Below are positions 16,617-22,861 of a stretch of 32,000 nucleotides of DNA, piece after piece; the first letter of the stretch is position 1; every line of letters starts with the position of its first letter. This DNA is from Minisyncoccota bacterium (GTDB lineage: Bacteria > Patescibacteriota > Minisyncoccia > Minisyncoccales > Minisyncoccaceae): the NCBI GenBank assembly GCA_041650175.1, contig JBAZLS010000003.1, positions 39,917 to 71,916 on the forward strand, read 5' to 3'. The notes beneath the pieces are model-generated. The model was not told the DNA's origin and did no database searches. It saw nothing but the letters and a program-made list of their open reading frames with translations. The translations under genes were made by a program, and so were the position numbers.

Positions 16617-18407
16617 CTATTTAATTACCCATCCTACAATCAGGCTCTCAGGGCATGCATTAATACTAGTTACTGGGTCAGTGATAGTTACAAAAGGAAC
16701 TTCTGTTTTAGTTATGGTTTTCAGCTTTTTTCGAAGTTCTTGAGCATCTTCGGGATTATCTCCATGCGCAATAACAGCCCTCATTCTCCCTCCCCTTCTG
16801 ATCTCTCTATTAGAACTTTTTTCAATCTTTTTAAACAATATATCAACAAGATCAGATGATTTAATTTTTTCAATTGGTGTCATTTTTCCATCTCGCATTT
16901 CGACTAATGAATAGTAAGTATCCTTCTGTTTAAACCAAAAACTTTTTGATTCTTTTTTCCACCAATTAGTATTTTCCAAAATTCCATACACATTAATCTT
17001 TGGAACAAAATCAGTTAATCTTTTTACGATTTCGTCCATATTGCGCAACTCCTTAATCAGTTCCAATGCCTTTAGGACCACTAATGATTGTCCAGCGCTG
17101 ATATTTTTTGAATCAATCACAAACACTTTTTCACGATCGCTGAATGGCAGCATTTCCTTTGCCTTTAGAGCCGAATCATAATTACTGGAAAGTTTTGAAC
17201 TAGAAACAATACATAAAACCTTCTCGAATTTTTCAAGCTGGTTTTTGTAAGCCTCAAAGAAAAACTCTGAAGAAATAGAATTTATTTTTGGTTTATTTGT
17301 TATGCCCTGTTTTTTTGCTTCTTTTATTTTTTCGCAAATACTATTTCCTATGAGCGTCTCCCCTTCTGGCCAATCAATTCTGAATGGGATAATTTCTATA
17401 TTGTAATGTTGGATTATTTTTTGTCCAAGACCCGCCCTTTCATCAATTACTATTCCGATAGAAACTTTTTCAATAGATTTTTCTCCAACAACCTCTTTTG
17501 CCATATCCTGTATCTTCAAACTCTCAATATCCCCCATTTCCTTTATTATATCCCGTATTTCGTATGGACTATCTGTATGAATATGTATTTTTGTTTTATC
17601 CCCTATTTGGATTACATCAAGACAATTACCCAAATGGTGCAATCTAGCTCGTATTTTTTCCATTTTATAATCAGTATTAGTCAAAAGAGAAACGACTTCA
17701 AAACGGTTTGATATTATTTGTATAAACCTTTTTGTGGCCATCTCTTCATCTTCATTCTCGCCAGTAGCAAGGACTAATTCTTCAAAATCTTCATCAGAAA
17801 AAAGTTTTAACATATCAAAATACGCCTCAATAATCATTAAAAATCCTAATCCTCCAGCATCAACAACACCAGCAGTTCTAAGTATTTCCATATGGTTCGG
17901 GGTTTCCAATAAGGCGATATTTGCTCTCTTAAGCGCGATGCTAAAGACTTTTATAATATTATTTTCATCTTTATTTTCTCGAAAAGCATAAGCAAAAGCT
18001 CGCATTACATCAAGAATTGTTCCTTCTTTCGGGTTTTGGACAGAATCGACGGCACGAGTGTAAGCGCTTTCAAAAGCAATTGCTAATTTTTTTGTATTTA
18101 ATTTTTCTTCTCTTGGTAGTTCCCCAAAAAAACCCGCAAGCCAGCCAGTATAAATAATACCAGTATTTCCTTGCGCAGCTATAAGAGCTCCATCCATAGC
18201 ACTATCCCCTAGCTCTCCAATATTATTAAATTCCTTTTCTTCAATTGCATCTTTTACGCCTAGTAGCGTTGCAGCTAAATTACTTCCAGTATCTTGATCT
18301 GGAACAGGAAAAACATTAATTTTATTCACTTGTTCCTTATCTTTATCCACTCTCTCGCAGGACGAGATAATCATTTTTTGTAATTCAATTTGAGATATTT
18401 CTTCCAT
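16617..18407 (-). CDS. fakA: DAK2/DhaL-domain + DegV-domain fusion protein (FakA / YloV-like fatty acid kinase subunit)
   Basis: The N-terminal DhaL motif VFPVPDQDTGSNLAATL and GNTGII, then a C-terminal DegV-like half (SSSKLSSNYDSALKA, AHGDNPEDA). First gene of a co-directional fakA-fakB-fakB-plsY block. Confidence 0.8.
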   Translation of the reverse strand: MEEISQIELQKMIISSCERVDKDKEQVNKINVFPVPDQDTGSNLAATLLGVKDAIEEKEFNNIGELGDSAMDGALIAAQGNTGIIYTGWLAGFFGELPREEKLNTKKLAIAFESAYTRAVDSVQNPKEGTILDVMRAFAYAFRENKDENNIIKVFSIALKRANIALLETPNHMEILRTAGVVDAGGLGFLMIIEAYFDMLKLFSDEDFEELVLATGENEDEEMATKRFIQIISNRFEVVSLLTNTDYKMEKIRARLHHLGNCLDVIQIGDKTKIHIHTDSPYEIRDIIKEMGDIESLKIQDMAKEVVGEKSIEKVSIGIVIDERAGLGQKIIQHYNIEIIPFRIDWPEGETLIGNSICEKIKEAKKQGITNKPKINSISSEFFFEAYKNQLEKFEKVLCIVSSSKLSSNYDSALKAKEMLPFSDREKVFVIDSKNISAGQSLVVLKALELIKELRNMDEIVKRLTDFVPKINVYGILENTNWWKKESKSFWFKQKDTYYSLVEMRDGKMTPIEKIKSSDLVDILFKKIEKSSNREIRRGGRMRAVIAHGDNPEDAQELRKKLKTITKTEVPFVTITDPVTSINACPESLIVGWVIK

Positions 18408-18435
18408 ATAATTTAAAGAATTGCAGATATTTGGA

Positions 18436-19086
18436 TTATTTTACTTTTTCTTCTAAATCTTTTAGCATTTTTGCTGCTATATCTTTGCCGCCTAGGCCAA
18501 AAGATAATCCAAGGATCAGTACTAGCAAAGTGACAAATCCAATAAAAATAGTCAAAATCAAAGTTTGGACAATTTGTAATTGATAGAGAATAGCCAAGAT
18601 ACAAATTATCCAAGTACTTGTAGCAACAACATTCCCTACTATTCCCGAATAACTCATTTTTCTTTTTTCCATTTTAACCAAAACAATCTTTTTTGAAAAA
18701 TCTGCAAGAAATACTGCAAGTATGAAAATTAAAATCGAAATAAAAATATTTGGAAAATAGTTGATTACTTCTTGTAATATAATATTTATCTGGTCTAGTT
18801 TTATAATTTCAAATGATATGCTTAAAAATACTATTACAAAGAAAAATTCAATAATAGACCCGACAAATCCAGACATATCAAGCTTTGTGTCATATCTATC
18901 AAAAAATTCTTCCCATCCTAATGTTTTTAACATCTGGTTCAGTCTGATTTTATCAAGAACATTTTTAATAGCCTTTTTTATTTTTTTTGCTATAAACCAG
19001 CCAACAAAAAAAACAATAATACCCCAAAGCAATGGTGGTAACCCGCCAGAAAAACTTGTTATAAAAGCATCAATTAATTCTTTCAT
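18436..19086 (-). CDS. Polytopic membrane protein with conserved TM-helix repeats (as in mechanosensitive-channel N-terminal regions)
   Basis: LPPLLWGIIVFFVGWFIAKKIKK and a C-terminal LGLSFGLGGKDIAAKML pattern. Recalled from memory as resembling the 'conserved TM helix' family, not verified. Confidence 0.5.
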   Translation of the reverse strand: MKELIDAFITSFSGGLPPLLWGIIVFFVGWFIAKKIKKAIKNVLDKIRLNQMLKTLGWEEFFDRYDTKLDMSGFVGSIIEFFFVIVFLSISFEIIKLDQINIILQEVINYFPNIFISILIFILAVFLADFSKKIVLVKMEKRKMSYSGIVGNVVATSTWIICILAILYQLQIVQTLILTIFIGFVTLLVLILGLSFGLGGKDIAAKMLKDLEEKVK

Positions 19087-19215
19087 AATGTTTGTTTAGT
19101 TATTTTAAATTATTTCATTAAAAAATTACAAAGCAATCTACCTTTTTCGCCTCTTTTCTTATAAGTGCGTTAAAGTTTACGTTTAAAATTTTATAAAGCC
19201 TTTATTTACCTTATA

Positions 19216-19782
19216 TTACCATTTTGCTTTATGCAAGCCTAAATCATAACCGATCCTATTGAATATTATATGAATAAAAAATGTTAAAGGAATTAAAATT
19301 ATCCAAAAAAGACTCTCAAAGTGATAAAAAGGCTGAAGCACGATAAAACATCCTATACAATAATTTATTTGGTCAAATGGTATGAATGGCTGTCCAGGTT
19401 TTATTTTAAATCTCCGTTTTATAAAAGCGAACAACAAATCTCCGAAAACTGTACCAATAGATAGTAAAAAACCTGCAATTAACGCATTTGTAGCATTAGC
19501 ATTAAACCCGATTAATTGGTATAAATTTAATCCTAAAAATTCGTGAATAAAGAAAAATATTTGAAAATATCCAGTCCCAACGATAATTTCAGATAATAAT
19601 CCCCTCCATGTTTTATGGTTGCCTAATAACGGAGATCCAAAAAACCTATAATTAAAATCAATGGGGCCTGCTAATTTTGTGAAAAATTTTGAGTTTCTAG
19701 CAACTAATGGTGGAGCAGCATTTGCGCAATATGCTGGTATAAAAAAGTATATGCAAGCGAGTATATATAATAAGAAATCCAT
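19216..19782 (-). CDS. CarS-family (CDP-archaeol synthase-like, DUF46) integral membrane cytidylyltransferase homolog
   Basis: IPAYCANAAPPL, PIDFN...LLGNHKTWRG, GDLLFAFIKRRFKIKPGQPFIPFDQ motifs match the CarS family pattern rather than the CdsA PGHGG pattern. Confidence 0.7.
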   Translation of the reverse strand: MDFLLYILACIYFFIPAYCANAAPPLVARNSKFFTKLAGPIDFNYRFFGSPLLGNHKTWRGLLSEIIVGTGYFQIFFFIHEFLGLNLYQLIGFNANATNALIAGFLLSIGTVFGDLLFAFIKRRFKIKPGQPFIPFDQINYCIGCFIVLQPFYHFESLFWIILIPLTFFIHIIFNRIGYDLGLHKAKW

Positions 19783-19788
19783 GAAAGG

Positions 19789-20388
19789 TTAGAATTTTAT
19801 AATTTTTGGCTCAGTTTTTTTAATAAGTCTTTTAATATTTTCACGATGGGCCCACCATATTATTGGAATAAATAATACGCCAAGGATAGTAAAAGGAATT
19901 GATTGAGTACTATACCAAATTGCAACGGGAACAATAAAAATAATTATCAAATTAGTTAAGCTCATTATTTTCAAAGCATACAGTAGTAATACCCAAATAA
20001 ACAAGAATTGCAAGGCATTTTTAAATCCAATAAGACAAATCAATACAGCAAATACTGCCGAAACAGCTTTTCCTCCTTTAAAATTAAGCCAAAAGCTATA
20101 CATATTCCCAATGATCGCTGACAAAGAAATAACTGCAATTTCCCATTCAGGAAGAGAAAAATAAAAAGCTAAAATAACTGGTATGGCAACCTTCAAGACA
20201 TCAAGAATTACGACCAATAAAAAATAAGAAAATCCAAGGCTTCGAAGAATATTAGTTCCTCCGACATTGCCACTTCCCTGTTTTCGGATATCAATTTTTT
20301 TTGATTTTGCAATCAAATATCCAACAGGAGTTGAAGCGCAGATATATGCAAATAATATTAATAAAATAAAAATGAAATTTTGATTCAT
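19789..20388 (-). CDS. plsY: Glycerol-3-phosphate acyltransferase PlsY
   Basis: IRKQGSGNVGGTNILR, LDVLKV, FWLNFKGGKAVS, HRENIKRLIKKTEPKI motifs; 199 aa. Confidence 0.9.
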   Translation of the reverse strand: MNQNFIFILLILFAYICASTPVGYLIAKSKKIDIRKQGSGNVGGTNILRSLGFSYFLLVVILDVLKVAIPVILAFYFSLPEWEIAVISLSAIIGNMYSFWLNFKGGKAVSAVFAVLICLIGFKNALQFLFIWVLLLYALKIMSLTNLIIIFIVPVAIWYSTQSIPFTILGVLFIPIIWWAHRENIKRLIKKTEPKIIKF

Positions 20389-20421
20389 ATTAAAGTTATT
20401 ATAACAGAAAAAAGCATATTA

Positions 20422-20832
20422 TTAAAATTTTTTATCCTCAAAAACATTTTCAAAATGGAAAATTTCTAATTTATTTTCTCTATCATTAATAATAATGCCG
20501 ATAACATCTAATTGCCATTTTAAATTTTCTATACTTATGTTTTTAGCAGCAAACCATTTATTGGCAGTTAAGATGATTTTTGCAACTTTCTTCTTATTAA
20601 CTCTTCGTTCTAAGCAAAAATAATCCCCTATCCATGAACTTTTTATTGTTGTTTTTACTTCAATAAATACATAGGTATTTTTTAGTTTAGCAATTATGTC
20701 AATTTCTCCTATTTTTCTGTCAGTTTTGGTTTTAAAGAAAAAATTAGTATCTAAAATATCATAACCCTTGTTTTTAAGAAATTGATTAGCTAAGTATTCT
20801 CCCCTATCACCAGTACTTGAATTATTGTTCAT
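20422..20832 (-). CDS. yraN: YraN family (UPF0102) endonuclease-like protein
   Basis: GDRGEYLANQFLKNKGYDIL...GEIDIIAK....VFIEVKT restriction-endonuclease-like core. Confidence 0.85.
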   Translation of the reverse strand: MNNNSSTGDRGEYLANQFLKNKGYDILDTNFFFKTKTDRKIGEIDIIAKLKNTYVFIEVKTTIKSSWIGDYFCLERRVNKKKVAKIILTANKWFAAKNISIENLKWQLDVIGIIINDRENKLEIFHFENVFEDKKF

Positions 20833-20836
20833 ATTT

Positions 20837-20864
20837 ATAAAAAACTAGAAGTTTTAACTTCTAG
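20837..20864 (-). terminator. Hairpin + U-run closing the tRNA-Pro/module unit, 5 nt upstream of the yraN start
   Basis: Stem CTAGAAGT / ACTTCTAG (20845-20852 / 20857-20864). The plus-strand A6 at 20839-20844 gives U6 on the minus-strand transcript. Confidence 0.55.
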
Positions 20865-20904
20865 CTCTTCTGGCTTTTAAATTTTACGATCAAGCGTTCG
20901 ATTT

Positions 20905-21057
20905 TTACCCCGATGTTGGGAGTCCATTATCTAATTCCTACTGGAATTATCTAAAGCCTGGCTGCGGCACCAGTCGTGCCTTGCCTTCGACTCCCCCACA
21001 ATACTTCCCTACATTATCCCACTATAACGTTGGAATTTTAGCTTAGTTTAGTTTCTG
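20905..21057 (-). other. tRNA-Pro-linked structured module (diverged copy of the tRNA 3' end, conserved core, inverted T-arm copy)
   Basis: CCCGATGTTGGGAGTCC (20908-20925) resembles the tRNA-Pro 3' end CGGGATGCTGGGAGTCG. Hairpin at 20933-20948 (loop TACT), AAGCCTG at 20954-20960, hairpin GGCAC-CAGTC-GTGCC at 20966-20980, CCTTCGACTCCCCCA at 20984-20998 (inverted T-arm). Confidence 0.6.
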
Positions 21058-21128
21058 TCGGGATGCTGGGAGTCGAACCCAGATTACGGACTCCCGAAGC
21101 CCGCATAATGCCTTTATATGACATCCCG
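21058..21128 (-). tRNA. tRNA-Pro (anticodon CGG)
   Basis: 71 nt. Acceptor CGGGATG/CATCCCG, anticodon stem CGGGC/GTCCG with loop UUCGGGA, T-arm CTGGG-TTCGACT-CCCAG. The D-stem is A/T-only and weak. CCA not encoded. Confidence 0.8.
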
Positions 21129-21205
21129 TAAGCGGGATAATTCTTAGAGTAATTAATTTTAGTATCTAAATCCGGCAATTAGCCGGATTATAGACTGAAG
21201 ACGAG

Positions 21206-21230
21206 GAACATTAAGCCCGAATGTTTTTTA
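21206..21230 (+). terminator. Orphan terminator-like hairpin + T-run with no upstream plus-strand gene
   Basis: Stem AACATT / AATGTT (21207-21212 / 21220-21225), loop AAGCCCG, then TTTT. Preceded by hairpin AATCCGGC-AATTA-GCCGGATT (21169-21189). Confidence 0.35.
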
Positions 21231-21319
21231 CACATTAATAATAGGATGATTTAATAAAAAAAGCAAGAGTTTTCATTTTATTAAATACGAAAAATAATAA
21301 AAAAAAGAATTAAAATTTT

Positions 21320-21425
21320 TTCTGGCCAAAACTCTCACCATTCTGGCCAAATTATCCCCAACTTTGTCCCCATTCTGGCCAAAACTCTCACCATTCTGGC
21401 CAAATTATCCCCAGTTTTATCCACA
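21320..21425 (+). repeat. 53-bp tandem duplication (2 units), each with two TTCTGGCCAAA boxes and a DnaA-box-like 9-mer
   Basis: ttctggccaaaactctcaccattctggccaaattatcccca occurs at 21320 and again at 21373. The unit tails differ (actttgtccccat versus gttttatccacat). Confidence 0.85.
21417..21425 (+). promoter_or_regulatory. Exact DnaA-box consensus TTATCCACA, with TTATCCCCA variants at 21352-21360 and 21405-21413
   Basis: Direct match to the canonical 9-mer. The two neighbours differ at one position. Confidence 0.4.
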
Positions 21426-21627
21426 TTTTGGCCAGCAAAATACATTTTTTGTTGTAAATACAAGGAGGTTCTTTTTAGCCAAAAGTCATTTTTATTTGGC
21501 CAAATCCACAAAAAACGTAAAAATAAAACCTATTTTAAATAAAAGGTTCTTTAATTTTTCTTTAATTTTGGCCAGAATAATTTTTTCTGGCCAAATAGTA
21601 TTTTATAATTAAACGATACTTAATCAG

Positions 21628-21698
21628 TGGACCTGACGAAAATCGAATTCGTGTTTCTGCTATGCGAAAGCAGTGTATTTCCACTATACTACAGGCCC
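21628..21698 (-). tRNA. tRNA-Ala (anticodon CGC)
   Basis: 71 nt. Acceptor GGGCCTG/CAGGTCC with the G3:U70 alanine identity pair, anticodon stem CTGCT/AGCAG with loop UUCGCAU, T-arm ACGAA-TTCGATT-TTCGT. Confidence 0.9.
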
Positions 21699-21786
21699 GC
21701 AGTATTTTTTATAAGTTTATTATAAATAAATTTTTTTAAAAAAACAATAAAATTAAAAACAATAATAGTTTTTTATTTATTTAATT

Positions 21787-21867
21787 TGGCCAGAAAGAAA
21801 TTATTCTGGCCAAAGTTATTTTTGGCCAGAATCGGTTCTGGCCAAAATATGTTAAAAATCTTGGCCA
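21787..21867. repeat. Second array of TGGCCA-core motifs (5 copies)
   Basis: TGGCCA at 21787, 21807, 21823, 21839 and 21862, in alternating orientation. Confidence 0.85.
21822..21846. repeat. 25-bp palindromic element TTGGCCAGAA-TCGG-TTCTGGCCAA(A), copy 1
   Basis: Perfect 10-bp inverted arms with a 4-bp spacer; identical 25-mer at 22817-22841. Confidence 0.85.
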
Positions 21868-22099
21868 GAACTGGAAAATAAACAAATATTTTTGTCAAAT
21901 TAGCTTTAAAAGATTTTTTAAAACAATATTCACACTTTTTAACGTATTTATGCGGAAAGTGAACCCTCAAAACAAGGTATTTCTAAAAAAAAGAAAAAAT
22001 ATCCTATAAAATATCTGACAAAGTAATAAAACTGAAAAAATGTAAAAAATTAGAATATCAAAAATTTGCGAAATTTTTTAAAAGAAGGCTTTTTTAAAA

Positions 22100-22115
22100 C
22101 GTTTCACGTGAAACG
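22100..22115. promoter_or_regulatory. parS-like site CGTTTCACGTGAAACG (perfect 16-bp palindrome)
   Basis: 14/16 match to the ParB-binding consensus TGTTNCACGTGAAACA; only the outermost positions differ. Confidence 0.75.
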
Positions 22116-22282
22116 ATTATTTTTTAGATAAAAATAATTAGAATAATTAAATCATAATTTAAAAAATTTAACGTATTTATGGGAAAAGTAACCTCTTAAA
22201 ACACTTAAATTCAACTATATGGCATTTTTTCGTAATTTAATCTTTTAGAATTCCTAGAACATTTTTATGGCCAAATAGAAGC

Positions 22283-22298
22283 CGTTTCACGTGAAACA
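22283..22298. promoter_or_regulatory. parS-like site CGTTTCACGTGAAACA
   Basis: 15/16 match to the parS consensus. Confidence 0.8.
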
Positions 22299-22424
22299 AA
22301 CGATATTTCAATCCATTTTCCGAAATTTTTTAAAAGGTTTTTAGCGTTAAAACAATCCGGCCAAAATCAACGTTTTTTCTGGCCAGAATAATCTAGAAGA
22401 ATTTGCTATTTTGGCCAGATTCTG

Positions 22425-22440
22425 TCCGCCACGTGAAACA
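22425..22440. promoter_or_regulatory. Degenerate parS half-site TCCGCCACGTGAAACA
   Basis: The right half plus the central CACGTG are intact; the left arm has diverged. Confidence 0.4.
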
Positions 22441-22509
22441 GATTTTTAAATTCTAAAAAATTAGAATTAAAAAATTTAATAAAACTAAAAAATATAATTT
22501 AATTAATAG

Positions 22510-22525
22510 TGTTTCACGTGAAACT
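22510..22525. promoter_or_regulatory. parS-like site TGTTTCACGTGAAACT
   Basis: 15/16 match to the parS consensus. Confidence 0.8.
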
Positions 22526-22718
22526 AAGGCATTTTATTAAAAAACCAATTAAATATAACTTGTCTATTAATATTTAATTTATCCTTTATTTATAAGAAAA
22601 AAAGAACATAATTATTACTTCGAAAAAAGAAAATCCTAAAAATATAGCTAATTCGTAAATTTTTAAATTTTTCTTAAAAATTAAAATAAATTTTTAAAAT
22701 TTAATAAAGTTTTAATGA

Positions 22719-22734
22719 TTTTTCACGTGAAACA
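22719..22734. promoter_or_regulatory. parS-like site TTTTTCACGTGAAACA
   Basis: 15/16 match to the parS consensus. Confidence 0.7.
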
Positions 22735-22807
22735 TTTTTAAAAAACGAAAAAAACATCAAAAACAGCTCTTTTTTCGTAGTTGACGAGAGGTCATTCGTG
22801 TTGATTT

Positions 22808-22861
22808 TGGCCGGTATTGGCCAGAATCGGTTCTGGCCAAATCTGGCCAGAATGTTGGCCA
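22808..22861. repeat. Right array of TGGCCA-core motifs (4 exact + 1 TGGCCG variant), includes palindrome copy 2 (22817-22841)
   Basis: ttttggccggtattggccagaatcggttctggccaaatctggccagaatgttggccagaatgc. Confidence 0.85.

Larger units (their letters stand above)
21320..21593. repeat. Left array of TGGCCA-core motifs (8 copies; extended form TTCTGGCCAAA / TTTGGCCAGAA)
   Basis: TGGCCA at 21323, 21344, 21376, 21397, 21429, 21497, 21569 and 21588, in both orientations of the asymmetric extended motif. Confidence 0.85.

Noticed and set aside
18413-18613. ORF 18413-18613 (-, 66 aa)
   Set aside because: It overlaps the 3' end of the 216-aa membrane protein gene in another frame, with no supporting signals.
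21003-21030. ACTTCCCTACATTATCCCACTATAACGT as a possible XerCD dif site
   Set aside because: The resemblance to the Firmicute dif consensus is limited to the first few bases. It lacks the conserved TATTATGT-type right arm and dyad symmetry.
21364-21970. ORFs 21364-21612 (+, 82 aa) and 21773-21970 (-, 65 aa) inside the repeat island
   Set aside because: Their sequences (MSPFWPKLSPFWPNYPQFYPHFGQ..., ...FWPEPILAKNNFGQNNFFLAK) are simply translations of the TGGCCA repeats. There is no SD. The minus ORF needs a non-ATG start. The second copy of the 37-bp repeat has stops in the same frame.
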